From positions 186,001 through 250,000 of the forward strand of contig MU008159.1 in NCBI GenBank assembly GCA_010909165.1: a stretch of 64,000 nucleotides of DNA, given 5' to 3'. The notes beneath the pieces are model-generated. The model saw nothing but the letters and a program-made list of their open reading frames with translations. It did no database searches and was not told where the DNA came from. A program made the position numbers and the translations under genes. Numbering within the stretch: the stretch's first letter is position 1; every line of letters starts with the position of its first letter. This stretch comes from Anthoceros angustus. Its lineage: Eukaryota; Plantae; Anthocerotophyta. Below, piece by piece: positions 51,297 to 63,300 of this stretch.

Positions 51297-52190
51297 CTTC
51301 CATTCATCCATCATTCCTTTGTCCACCTGATCCCATCGAGTAGCAAACAACCACCGGGGGAACATTTTGCCAAAAGGAGCGACGTGGCCTGCACAAGAGA
51401 GCTTCTGGAGAGTCAGTTACGTGCTTTGACGTAGGCAGGCGTCCAAAGGCATCTGCAAACACAACTTTCGCATTTTTCCTTCTTAGCCTCTGCTACAACT
51501 CTTCTTGCGATTTCAACAGGACTTGTTTGGTTTCCAGCTTCAAACAAAGATACCTCGACCTGTCACGTATAAGAGCCGCGTGAGACACCCAACATCTGGA
51601 TGCGATTCGTTCAACGATACGCAGAAGCTTACCTGCTTTCTCACTGTGACAAGCTGATCGACGGCAGCAGGTCTGTACACTTATCAGTTGCCACCATCAT
51701 GCAGCTTTTGCCCTGTGAGCCATATGTTAAGTTATTAGAGTGATCAATTCTGATACCGTGGGAGGAGGCCAATTCGAGGGATGGCTTGCATATACCTTCT
51801 TCTTGACATAGAGCGGACAACTTGCCACATGCTGTGGTCTTCTCCACACCTTGCAAACCAGCCATAAGGATGACGGTTGAACCTTTTAGCTGCGTCGTCC
51901 AGGCCAGCCACCTCCCCTCCCATCAGCAGTCAGCTCGTCATTTGCAACCTGCAAACCCAGACGTCAAACTCACCATCCTCCCTTGTCTGCTACACTCTTC
52001 ACAAATTGTCGAACTACTGGCAAACTTACCTGGAAGTGGTAAGACACAGTTCAGCTCAAAGGCAGGATAAGCAAATGACAACAAGCATTTCACAACACCA
52101 AGGTCCATGGTGGGAACATACAGCTGCTCCTAGAAGGGCCCTCCTGGTATCTTTCATGGGCTTGGTGATGTTCTCTTTCGTCAAAACATG
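51297..52190 (-). pseudogene. cpSRP54: Chloroplast SRP54 (cpSRP54/FFC) NG-domain pseudogene fragment with introns
   Basis: Successive exon-like blocks VLTKENITKPMKDTRRALLGAA, VSLPVVRQFVKSVADK, ANDEL..LMGGEVAGL, STVILMAGLQGVEKTTACGK, GKSCMMVATD..VYRPAAVDQL, VVFADAFGRL and VDKGMMDE. Several frameshifts, P-loop GVGKT changed to GVEKT, and the rest of the gene is absent. Confidence 0.88.
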
Positions 52191-52890
52191 TGCACAGGGA
52201 ATCCTCAGTCCACTACCGCATCCAAATTATCAAAAGCTACCCTGCCGTGTAATTTCTCAAGCCACAGCCAGGTGTTACATCCACCTGCTTTTTGAAGCGT
52301 CTACTACCACACTGGTCGACACCTGGTGGAAAACGGCTGCACCGGTGACAACCAAATTCGTTCTCTTCCTCACAGGCCTCCATACTCCCATGTGCAGGTT
52401 GGACCTTTCCATCCCACATTCCAGATGCCGGTGCACCTACAATCACCCGACCCATCACGACCCATAATATTTGAATAGGTGTGACAACGAGCATTTAGGG
52501 TTAACAGGTTAACACTGGGAACTCAGGAACTACGTCCTTACTTACTATTTACACTGTCCAGCCCTAATCGATCTATACACAGTGCCAGGGTTAGAGGAGA
52601 AGCGATGGGCATGGTGGTGAACCTTCGTTGTAAGGTGCGTGTTCTCGTTCCTTTGCCTATTGTGGCTGCTTAGGTGTGCGCATCCTAGGGTTGATACTTC
52701 AGAGTATGGGTTTCTTATCTTTCTGCACCCCTTTGAAGCAGAGTTCGTGCTTTTATCATCTGCGCGTTTGTTCTGTGTGCTGCTGCAGGTTGTCTCCATT
52801 GCTGTGATGTTATTTAACCTGCAGTTGTGATTCAACAGTTCAGTGGGTCAATATTGATGAGGAGGCTACCTCTTTCAGTCTGTGATTTCC

Positions 52891-54399
52891 ATGGAGCGAG
52901 CGATGGATAAGGGTGTTATGGAAGCTGCAGGCGTCAGCGTGAGACCAACCTTTGCAATCTCCACTAGGTATACTGGTCCGAAGAGAATATCCGCTGATCA
53001 CCCAATGGGCAGAGCATTCACTGTGAATCTAGAACCAGAGCTGGCCAAACATGATGATGAAGAACTAGAGCGACGTATGTATGTGCGAACTTCCGAGCTG
53101 GGCACACATGACGAGGGGGAATTACAGCGGTCTACATCTGTGCGAACTTCTGCTGGTCTAACTTGCACGAGGTTCGAACGTGCAGCTAATGAAGCATTTC
53201 AGACTTCAAGTTCGCTTGGGTATGCTGGTAGCAAATGTAGTGATAGTGAAGCAGGTTGTGCTCTGCCAACGCTAGAAGAGAGCTGGTCTGCATCTGTTTC
53301 TCTGTTAGAAAAGTACAAGCAGGCTGCAGAACTGCATCCAAGAAGTAAGGAAGGTTTGGATGCAGAATGGAAGGCAGCTCGTAGAGGTAATAGGTGGAGG
53401 CACCAGTGGCTGTCGGTACGCTTGAGTCAGCTGCAACTGGAATCTTCAAAATATGATAGGATTTTAGCTTCTATGAAACCTGAGACGTATTCTGACACAC
53501 ACCAGAAAGCTGAGAGTGATCTTTCAGCCTCAGGGACTACTCTGGTACAGAAAAGTGCAAAGCATAGGCACAAGTCCGCACATAGGTGTGGAGGGAGGAT
53601 GGAGGTCGGATCAGACCTGGAATATCACTCCGAAGTGGACCCTGTAGTCTCACAATGTACTGAAGGTGATAAGGACCATGATAATAAGGTAGAGAACATG
53701 GGCGGTGTTGTTGAATCCAAAGACCTGCAACACAATTCGTCTGAGCATCGATTCCTTATTGAGCAGGGCCCTGTTGGTGGGGAGGAGTCATTTGAAGAAC
53801 TCCTTTGGAAAGTGGAGTGTCTACAAAATCGAGTGGAGACTCTTAGATATCTGTTGCTTATGGGAGCACCTGTGACGAAGAATGGCGCAGAGTCATCCGC
53901 AATGACTGCACCAGCAGTTGGTGGTTCTTTAACAGCTCCACCTTTTCCTGCTACCACACATGCTACAAGATCTGTACCAGCAAGCACTCGAAGACGGGCT
54001 TCTGATTATGATATAGATAACATGGTAATGCCTGTTAAGGTGGGGACTAAGTTTGTGGAAATGGTCAAACCAGCCCACATAGAGACTCCTCAATGGCGTG
54101 TTGTAGATGAGACTTCTGTCGTTGAAGATGAAAGCTCCAGTTTGGAAGCAACAGATGATGAGGCTTACGTCAAGCGCCATGCTCTAATGGAATTTAGAGA
54201 GCGGCAACAAAGGTGTCTTCCACGCTGCAATAAGAAAGGCTCACATGTGGACGCTACCAGATTTGGTCCTGCAGTGGGAAAGGTGGTGGATGAGAGAAAA
54301 AATGAAGCTCCTAAAGTGCAGCTGACAAGTGCATCCTGGTCTTCAAGGCCTGTTCCTCGTAGAAAGAGGAGCAGAGCGCCTAGAGGAGAGAAAGGTTGA
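52891..54399 (+). CDS. Intronless KANSL1/MSL1-like (PEHE-type C-terminus) protein
   Basis: ~500-aa ORF with RWRHQWLSVRLSQLQLESSKYD coiled coil and DYDIDNMVMP...HIETPQWRVVD...EATDDEAYVKRHALMEFRER. This resembles KANSL1 FDINNIVIP..EILTPSWR..EDLSD.AF..H...E.ER. Family assignment is from recalled motifs. Confidence 0.6.
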   Translation: MERAMDKGVMEAAGVSVRPTFAISTRYTGPKRISADHPMGRAFTVNLEPELAKHDDEELERRMYVRTSELGTHDEGELQRSTSVRTSAGLTCTRFERAANEAFQTSSSLGYAGSKCSDSEAGCALPTLEESWSASVSLLEKYKQAAELHPRSKEGLDAEWKAARRGNRWRHQWLSVRLSQLQLESSKYDRILASMKPETYSDTHQKAESDLSASGTTLVQKSAKHRHKSAHRCGGRMEVGSDLEYHSEVDPVVSQCTEGDKDHDNKVENMGGVVESKDLQHNSSEHRFLIEQGPVGGEESFEELLWKVECLQNRVETLRYLLLMGAPVTKNGAESSAMTAPAVGGSLTAPPFPATTHATRSVPASTRRRASDYDIDNMVMPVKVGTKFVEMVKPAHIETPQWRVVDETSVVEDESSSLEATDDEAYVKRHALMEFRERQQRCLPRCNKKGSHVDATRFGPAVGKVVDERKNEAPKVQLTSASWSSRPVPRRKRSRAPRGEKG

Positions 54400-55492
54400 G
54401 GAAGCTTTCCAAGGTGCTTAGATGGTTTGTTGGAACATGACAGAGAGATTTCAAACAGTGTTCAACGATCAACCTATTTTTGTGCGGATCAAGCCTGCAG
54501 CATCAAGGCCACCCACCCAGCGGCTACAATGTCTGCTTGTTCAAGACATTGACTGAATACTGGATTGTGGATGCGTGCGCTCTGCCACATGTTTCTGTTG
54601 GGAAACCATCCATTCCTTGCCTGCAGCATCAGTTGCTCTACTACTACAGGGATATATACTTATTCAAACTGGGCAGCCTGGCAGCTGTAGTTGAGTTCAC
54701 TGACCTGATGTAGCTGCGCAATGCTGGCAAAGGTCTTGATTTTTTAAAGGTACAACAGAATTTCACACAAATGTGACGGCCCAGAGTGCAATTGAAGCAG
54801 GAAATCTGTTCTTACCTTCCCTGTGCACTTGACAGTTCCTGTAGGTTCTTTGTGGAATGGATGAAGAAGCGTATCCCTAGGGATTGAGCTGCTGGGATAA
54901 CTTATTAATCTGGAGAAGGGTTGAGATTGGATGGTGAGAGCGCCAAATGCAATTTTGATGGGAGAGTGGTACAGCGGCAGAAATGGGAGAAGAACCGATC
55001 TTGCTCAGTATTCCAAGTTTTCACTCTCGTGAGTGAAAAAGGGTGCTCTGCCATCAGTTGGAATATCGTGTGTCTTAAGTTCGATCCATTGATCAACTTC
55101 TGTATCTTCTCTCCTCATGGAATGTGGTGAGCGCCTTCTTATGCTGCAGGATTCCTGTGAAGGAGATTGTCTGACTTGATGAGACGAGTCTGGATCTGTT
55201 CTGATCCTTATGCTCACTACCTGCTCAGGACGCAGAGCAGGGATCCGGTTCTACGAGGATGCAGAGCTCGCAAAACGTTGGCCCTGTGTTTTCTTGTATT
55301 GCTTTTTCATCGTTGTCCAAAATTACTGCATGGTCCAAGGACCATGATTGTATGTCTATTATGTGGTTCATGACTCTAGTTAGGCAAGAATGAGCCCTGG
55401 ATTCAAGGGCTTGTTGAGTTGATGCCCACAAAATCTAAAAAGCTAATCAGCTTGTATCTATTGCGCGGCTAATCTTACAGTGATGAACGGAA

Positions 55493-56614
55493 TTACCCCA
55501 GTCCTGGAGACATCAGAATTCCCGATTCCAACGCCACAACAGTCGCGTGGACATCAGCCACAATTTGCTCATAAGATTCATGCAGGTGCATGTTCTGTAA
55601 GGCAGTCTCCGCGGCCTGGAGAGCATGGGGAACGACTGGAGAAGGGCCGCGCTTAGCACCTCTGCGACCTTGTGGTGCAGAAGGAACTTCTTTTTCAAGT
55701 TGCCATGCTGTGACATTACATCGGTTTGGAAGAACCCATAACAAGTCGTCATAGGCCACAACCACCGACACCATGGCATCAGGCAGTTCCAAGGAGAACT
55801 CAACTAGGTTGTAAGGCAAGCTGTGGTAAACCTCTACCACCTGGTCGCCTCTTGTTTCCCTCAACAAGTTCAGCTGCTGCCGACGTGCAACATAGGCTTG
55901 AAGAAGGCCGTCAATTTTGTCAATAAACTGCTTAGGGCTGGTGGCCAGAAAAGCCTTCTCTCCATCCATAGATAGGAAAAAGGGCACGGTCTGCTCGCAC
56001 ACAGTCAGCTTGTCCGACGACGACTCACTGGTAAGCGCACAGTAGTAGCTCTCATACGCCTGTCCTCCAAAGCTAGTCTCGAACCGGATGCCAATGCGTC
56101 TCCTAGGCAAACCGCAGATGACAATCCTGGCTCCTACTCTATACGAAAATCTCTCCTCCTCCGAGAAAAGCTCGGCAGCCATGCCCGCGCCTCCCGCGTT
56201 CAGACTGTCCCCGTAACACGCCTCGCTCTCCACTCTCTGCCACAGAGCCGTGATCACCTCGTCGTTCCAAGCTTCTCCATCAACTTCACACTCGGTAGAC
56301 TTGAGCACGGCGAAGTCCACCTCCCTCTGCAGCGGATCCCTGGTAGCTCTCTCCCCCGACAGCCGCTCCCGCAACTCTCCGTGCCTCTGCTTCAGACTAA
56401 GCAGGCCATTCTTCGCGGCATCCAAGACGACGCCTTCCCCGTCCCCTCCCTGCATCTCCTCCTCCTCCTCTCCAGCCAGCCGCCGCGTCTGCTTCGTCAG
56501 CTGCTCCAGGTGCTTGGAGGACGCAGCCAGCACCCGCTTCACCCTCTGCTGGCTGGTTCTCCGCTCCCTCACATCCTGCTTCTCCGGCTCGGCCTCGTCC
56601 TGAGCCATCGCCAT
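55493..56614 (-). CDS. CENP-O: Centromere protein O (CENP-O/Mcm21), intronless; start codon uncertain (ORF open to 56734)
   Basis: N-terminal coiled coil, then IGIRFETSFGGQAYESYYCAL, CEQTVPFFL and KQFIDKIDGLLQAYVARRQQ, typical of plant CENP-O. Confidence 0.85.
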   Translation of the reverse strand: MAMAQDEAEPEKQDVRERRTSQQRVKRVLAASSKHLEQLTKQTRRLAGEEEEEMQGGDGEGVVLDAAKNGLLSLKQRHGELRERLSGERATRDPLQREVDFAVLKSTECEVDGEAWNDEVITALWQRVESEACYGDSLNAGGAGMAAELFSEEERFSYRVGARIVICGLPRRRIGIRFETSFGGQAYESYYCALTSESSSDKLTVCEQTVPFFLSMDGEKAFLATSPKQFIDKIDGLLQAYVARRQQLNLLRETRGDQVVEVYHSLPYNLVEFSLELPDAMVSVVVAYDDLLWVLPNRCNVTAWQLEKEVPSAPQGRRGAKRGPSPVVPHALQAAETALQNMHLHESYEQIVADVHATVVALESGILMSPGLG

Positions 56615-57343
56615 CTCCACCACCGCCCGCTCCCGCTTCTTCCGCTTCTCCCTATACATGAACAGTTGTGACATATCCTTCCTTTGCCACAGGCTCCCTG
56701 GCTCCTCAGCTCTCAGCCAGATGCATCCCACCACTCCTCATCTCAATGTGTCTTCCTCCCCGTCCCACCCGACTCCCGCCTACACCTGCGTCGACTCATT
56801 GCAAACACGAAATTGTCAAAATCAGGCCCTTCGAACCCCCTGCCATTCACGATCTTGAACGGCAGATCCCGCTTTCCTTTGCTACCGAGCTAGTTAAGGT
56901 GCTACCTAGTTCATATTTATAAGCTAGTTTCTTTTCGCTATAGTATATTCGTTCCAATTTCGTCACCCTATTATCGGTAACGTGTATCCGCTCTTGTGTG
57001 TTCACCAGAGTTTCAATCTCGTTACCCGCGCTCCTTTTCGTGTTTTGTTTTCGTCTACCACTTTCTTCAATCAGCTGACTGTTGAAGAGTCACAGATATG
57101 GTAAGGTGAAGGGTCGCCTCCAGCCGGCCTGTTCTGTGCTGTTGTTTGCGACCTCATTTGGGCACGCAGCAGATGTGTTCAGAGTGCAGTGCGGCGTGAA
57201 AGCGGCAAGGTCCGAGATCGTATGTGCATCTTCGGCCGTGAGGTTTGTTGATTTCTGATGTTTGAGGGCACCTAGTTCCGTGAGTGCTTCATGGACAGGG
57301 TCTTCGTGTTTCTGCGGGGGAGACGAGGGTGAGAGACGGAGAA

Positions 57344-57736
57344 ATGAGCCATCGGTTGGCAGTTATCCGTTCTGGTAAGGCCGGTCTTCCTCGCCGTGAC
57401 GTGCTGACAGACTGGGAAGCTCAGTTTCAAGACTTCCAGACGGTGGATCCGGTTTATGATCCGCATCTGAAGAACCAGACGTTCCACCTCGCGGCTGGCA
57501 CTGGCCGAGTCTGTACTGTCTCCAGATTTGACGACTTTCCTCTCAGAACAAAGCCTATTCCGGTGCCGGTGGTTATCCAGGTTACCCCGGAGGTCCAGGT
57601 TGTTGATCTGGTTGCTTTGCAAAAGCGGTACGCAGGTGTGTCGGATCCTTTGCCTCACTTACAGCCGTATCACGCGGAAATCGTGAAGTCGTCAGGCTAC
57701 AACACCATCTCCACTCGCGCACCCTACTGTCCCTGA
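57344..57736 (+). CDS. Unrecognised small ORF (or last exon), paralog of the N-terminal domain of 58063-59208
   Basis: About half of ~110 residues are identical by hand alignment to the next ORF. The 5' exon structure is unresolved. Confidence 0.55.
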   Translation: MSHRLAVIRSGKAGLPRRDVLTDWEAQFQDFQTVDPVYDPHLKNQTFHLAAGTGRVCTVSRFDDFPLRTKPIPVPVVIQVTPEVQVVDLVALQKRYAGVSDPLPHLQPYHAEIVKSSGYNTISTRAPYCP

Positions 57737-58062
57737 TCTCGTCCTGCCGGGTATCTTCCCTTCCATGTTATGGTGCACTGTGACGATGAATAGGTCCAGG
57801 CCAGAGTTCACTACAACGGCATCAGGTATTGTGGTAAGTGCTTGCCATGGACATGTCAGAACTCTGCATTACGATAGGCTTGCGTCTGAGCAATTATTCC
57901 GGGCAGGTATCTGTGGTTGAAAGAGGGGACAGCTTGTCATCCAGCATGCTCATCCTGTGTGAGATTGCTTGTACAGATCGTTGGGAAGGGTTTGATTTTG
58001 GTGAATTGTAAAGGTTTGCACCTCGGGTTGGCCAAGGCGGAGGTTGTGGTAGACTTGAGAAA

Positions 58063-59208
58063 ATGGGGTATGTGCTAGCAGTCCGTCGATCGCCAGTCCT
58101 CCCTGCTCTTCCTGATTACTTCAAGGTGAAACTCCCCTTGAAGAGTACCTTTACAGAGTGGGAGTCTCAGTTCAAACAATGGCAAGACCCAAAGCCTGTG
58201 TATAACCCTCACCTGGTGCAGACTTTCTACTTAGAAAGTCAGACAGGGTATGTGTATCCTGTGACCAGAACTTCGTCATTTCCTCCGCGCACTAAGCCTA
58301 TACCCAAAGAGATACAGGTAACGATTCCCAAGAAACTGCCTGTGATAGACATAGTGGAACTGCAGAAAAAATATGCAGGCATTGCAGACCCGTTGCCACA
58401 CTTAGAGCCTTACGACTGGGATCGAGTTAGGCAGTCAGGCTACAATATTTCCATTAGGATAGCACCTTACCTCCCCCTAAGACCAGGGGAGAAAATCATT
58501 ATCCCGCTATCTGTACTGGTCCAGCCTAAAAGGGATCCTAATGCCAAATTACTTGGTGAGATAGAACATAACTTAGAACGTCAGGAGAAGGATGGACTGG
58601 ACTGGGCAACGCAGCCCAACTACTTCTCTCGTCAGGGAATAGAGCTAACTTGGGAAGTTCTAACACCCTTAGGAAGATGTGCGTTTGAAGTGATGGAGCA
58701 CATCCATGAGAAACTCTCAGTTCACATGAGAAACTTCTTCAAGAGGGTAGCACCTCCTGTCAAAGACCGGAAAGGAAGAGAAGAATTTTACAGGATGTTG
58801 AGGGAGTCCATACAGTGTGATGAGCTTGAGGAGCTCCGGTATGAGAATCTGCTTAAAGCTCTCAAGAAGAGACAGTGGGAATACAACCCTCTTCTAAATG
58901 CAGCACTCAGGGTAGTGCAGAAGAGATGGGATGAGGAAAGATGGACCCCTGATGAAGACCCAGCAGACTTAGATGATACCCCCATCCATGAGAGGATGCG
59001 CAACTTCAAGAAGCTCAAGAAGAAACCTCCCCAACCTCTTCCTATGACCCGAGAAGTGCTCCTGGCCCTGAAAGAGGCTTGTAGGAAGAAGGGGGAACTT
59101 TGCAAAAGGCTAGAGCTGGTGACAGACCTTGTCGACTATGGTTGTGAGTTCCTATTGAAGAAAATGCAAAACACCTGGGTTACAGGGGAGAAGCCGCACG
59201 AGATCTAG
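58063..59208 (+). CDS. Unrecognised 381-aa protein (N-terminal domain shared with upstream ORF plus helical C-terminus)
   Basis: Long uninterrupted ORF with protein-like composition. No family recognised. It may have upstream exons. Confidence 0.7.
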   Translation: MGYVLAVRRSPVLPALPDYFKVKLPLKSTFTEWESQFKQWQDPKPVYNPHLVQTFYLESQTGYVYPVTRTSSFPPRTKPIPKEIQVTIPKKLPVIDIVELQKKYAGIADPLPHLEPYDWDRVRQSGYNISIRIAPYLPLRPGEKIIIPLSVLVQPKRDPNAKLLGEIEHNLERQEKDGLDWATQPNYFSRQGIELTWEVLTPLGRCAFEVMEHIHEKLSVHMRNFFKRVAPPVKDRKGREEFYRMLRESIQCDELEELRYENLLKALKKRQWEYNPLLNAALRVVQKRWDEERWTPDEDPADLDDTPIHERMRNFKKLKKKPPQPLPMTREVLLALKEACRKKGELCKRLELVTDLVDYGCEFLLKKMQNTWVTGEKPHEI

Positions 59209-59502
59209 CATACCTGGGTTTCTAACCACGCGAATCCTTAGCTCCGATCCTGATTTTGCGCTCACCGTGATCTCTTACAAGCGTGATCTCCGCTTGCTAA
59301 AGAGTGAGATGGCCCAGAATCCCCTTCCGTTTATGGTCGCGAACGTAAGATTTGGCAAAGTGGGCCAGGGGGAAAGCGTTTAAACCGGCTGTCGCATTAA
59401 CGTGTCTCACACTCAGCGTATGGTTCTGGAACGTCTATCAGAATGTCACTAACTGGTGCAAGCAGCTATAGCATTGTAGAATGAAGACTTCCAATTCTTG
59501 CA

Positions 59503-59585
59503 CCTCCTGTTCCTCCTCCTGCTCCTCTTCCTCCTCCTCCTCTTCGCCCTCCTCCTCTTCCCCCTCCTCCTCCTCCTCTTCCTCC
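59503..59585. repeat. Imperfect (CCT)n polypyrimidine tract
   Basis: cctcctgttcctcctcctgctcctcttcctcctcc... Confidence 0.85.
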
Positions 59586-59804
59586 AAACCCGCAAAACTC
59601 TGAACAGGTTTCCCTCACAACGTTAGAACAAACTCAAAAAGAGCGATTTTCAAGTACCGACTGCTAATAGAGTAAATGTAGATTGCAAGCGGATGCCATG
59701 CTTTACAACTACACTGGATCTCTCTGTTCTGACCTGGATGGCGCTGAGCCGAAAGCGGTCAAGGGTAGACAGGGAGGCGTTGATTAGGCTGAACGCTGCT
59801 CATT

Positions 59805-59884
59805 CGACCTCATGAATGAGCCCAAACGACCTTCATGAATGAGCCCAAACGACCTTCATGAATGAGCCCAAACGGCCTTCATGA
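59805..59884. repeat. 23-bp tandem repeat x3
   Basis: catgaatgagcccaaacgacctt at 59811, 59834 and 59857. Confidence 0.9.
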
Positions 59885-60343
59885 TTTCAGACCCTGGCAG
59901 CAACATGACAAGGGAACCTGACGGTTACCAAAACAAGCTTCACTGAAATTCACAGCTGCTTCGTGATGAATTACAACCACCACTTAGAATGCTGGCATAC
60001 TCCGGAACTTAGTAAACACAGATATAACCAACCATCTCCACAAATGCCTCTACACGGACTCCTACGCTTGTGAGTACTGCGGCCTTGGCTCCAATATGCC
60101 TGCTTACCTGAGGATAATATGTGCCTGTGAGCAGTATCCATCCGCAAAGAAAAAGGATAAGGCACCCATGTCAACTCGTATCCCTGGCCACCCATCTTGT
60201 ATCATATCTTACCCGCGAGCCACCTGGAAAATGCGAGGTAGAAGCCGCAGATCAGCGTACTTTGCTGACACAACAGCAAGAAGCCCTGAGCTTCGATGTC
60301 TTAGCACCATGTATTTTGTCTAATGTGCAGGATTCCAAATAGA

Positions 60344-63300
60344 CTAGCCAGCACCACCTCTGCGAGGTCTCTTCCGGTCCCGACCTCTGATAATACCTGC
60401 ACTGTGATTGGAGGGTCCACCTCTTCCTTCCTGGCGAGTCCCTCCCCTCCCTCCTTGGCGCACCTCACCCCTTCCTCTAAAGCCATTATTGCCACCACCA
60501 TTCTGGGATGATTCTGGGCCACCAACGTGCCTCTCAGGCCTCTGAGGAGTCTGAGGAGGTCTTCCAGAACTTGTGCCATGCCCAAGCCCATTAGCACGGA
60601 GGGTGCTTCCTGCAGAGTTGTTGCCACGGATGCTTGCACTTGGCTGATTCCTTGCAGCCCAGGAACCCCTCAACTGTGGCTGACGAGTTGCCAATTGAGA
60701 CTGGCCACCGGGTTGAAGATCCAAAACACCATCATAAGACAGCAAGCAGGCAACAGTATATACAGAAAAAGCAAGCATTTCTGGAAGGGGTGCACGAGGC
60801 TGCTCTATTTTGTGCTTGATAGCAGCAAGCATTCTCTTCCTTAAATGGAAGAGTGCTGCTGCTTCTAGGGCAGTTGCCTGGAACTCCAGCCATCTATCTA
60901 ACACTACAATGACCAGGTTCTCTGGACGAGACATCATCTGCTTCTGCTTTCTCTCAACATCTGTGTCTGGTCGATCCTTTACATCTTCCTCGCTGTCAAT
61001 ATCCTGCTCCTCAGCAAGCCCATCATTGGGAAGGGAAACATGTTCTTCAGAGTGCTGGACTGGTTTAACTACCATCTCCGTGGAGATCATAAGTACAGGG
61101 TGTGGTTTGACCAACGTACTGTTTTTCAGATACACCTGCCTCTCTCCCCGGGTTATCTCATCAAACGCTATCAGAGCCCCCTGATATTCCTTCTGATTCT
61201 TGCGATTCAACTCAAAGTTAGCAGAATGTGGATGAATCCGAACTTTCTGTCCTCTGGACGTTTGCACCAGAACTTTTTGATTACCTGACACTGGTGGTAG
61301 TAGTGTTCCAATCATTGGATACAAGCCAGCGGCTATAACAGCCCGCACAATGCCAGGGTCCCCTGCATTCAAACTGCAAGCATGGTTTTCACTTGAAACG
61401 AATCCCTTTTGAGCAAGCTCCCGTTGCAGCTGCTTCCGCATACCAGACAGCATAGCCATAGTTCCACCTGAAACAAAATTCTCTGAACAGAACTGCTGCT
61501 CCCTACCAGCTGTTTTGGCAGCTTCCCAATCCTCGAAGGCAGCAACCACTGCTAAGTGATCACTGTAACCCCCAAATCTAGCTGCAAATTCTCGCTTGGC
61601 TGCAGCGGCACGCAGCTTCTCCCAAGGGGCTATGGGCAAAACAAAAGGATCTCGGAAGCCGCCCGCACAAGCAATAGTTAGAGCAGGGTCAAGACAATTC
61701 ATCAGTATGGAGAAGAGCAGCATTTTACTGGTCGCAGGATGTACAGGCAGTGACCCGAGCTGTCTCCCCAGGTCGGTTAACTTTTCATCTCCTGTTAGTG
61801 CTCCAATGTCTTGCAACAAAATCACAGCATTTTGCACAGCTAAGGCAAGTGGAGGATCAATGGCCTTGGATATGAATTCTGAGATTATGCCCTCAGGTTG
61901 CATCAGCTTAACCTGAAGACACAGCTCTTCCAGTGGGGCTCTTTTGATTTCAGGAAGTTGGTACTCAGTCATGGAATCTACCCTTAACCTAGACACCAGA
62001 TGATAACATACTCCTGGTCGACAACGGCCTGCTCTCCCTCCTCTCTGTCGCATACTAGCTTTGGAGATCCAGGTTGTTTGCAAAGTGGACACGTTCGTGT
62101 ATGGATCATAGCTTTTCTCCTTTGCACGGCCCGAGTCAATGACAAATACAACATCATCGATAGTAATTGCAGTTTCAGCAATATTGGTTGCGAGAACAAT
62201 CTTGCGTACACCTGGAGGTGGACGTTTGAAAACTTTTTTTTGCTCACTTGAAGGCACCATAGAATGCATCGGAAGAATTAAATACTTGGCCTTCGCAGCA
62301 AAAAAGCTGGAGGTTGCCAGCTGTTGCATCACCCTTGAGATGTCATCCCACCCTGGCAGGAACACTAAGATGGCTCCAAAACCGTCGTCAGTGGATGTCC
62401 TGCATATATGGCACAATAATCGTTCAATGAGGGCCACATCAATTTCCTCCTGGTCTGTGTTGCTTTGATACTTTGACAACAACACCATTTGCTCTTGCGA
62501 GGGTGGACCTTGGGCAGATCCAAACTTTTTTTGTTCAGCATTTCTCTTGTAACTGGACAGTCTTGCAGCAGCCTCAAGTTGCCCATGCTTATTAGCCCAA
62601 TCAAGTGCAGTCATTCCATCTTCACAGGTTATAGACATATCAGCCCCTAGCGATAGCAATGTTGATATATCATCAACATGACCTTTGCCCGCAGCAAACA
62701 TCAGAGCCGTAGCTCCTGTATGTGAATGCTGGTAGTTGCAAAGGCGTGGGCACTCAATCACCAAATTCATCAATTCCTCAAAATCACCATCTAACCAGGC
62801 TATCGCCATAGCACTATCCATATCATCAGCATCACCCTGGTCCACAATGAGCTGATCCTCTGCTTGGTCATCCACATTATCTATAGTTGCGTTTGGAGTT
62901 TCCAGCAAGCTGAGCACATCCTCCAGATAATAAGTTCGTACAGGGTACGTGAAACCTGGAACAGTAATGACAGGACAACCCCCAAAATATCGGGAAAACA
63001 AGTCTGAGTCCAGAGTAGCGCTCATTAAAATTAGGCGTAAATCTGGCCTGACTGGAAGCAGGTCCCGCAACACAATCAACAGGAAGTCAGCATTCCGATC
63101 ACGCTCATGAATTTCATCCACAATTACATGTGTGGCATCCACCCCATCTTCTGAGTCATCGTCAGCATCTGCATTCCTTGCTGAATGCCCTCCATACTTC
63201 ACCAGTTTCCGCAGGAGGACACCATTGGTCTGAAACATTAAAGAACTATGTCTCCCTCCTTTAGTCTCTAACCGTATCTGGTACCCAACAGTCGTACCCA

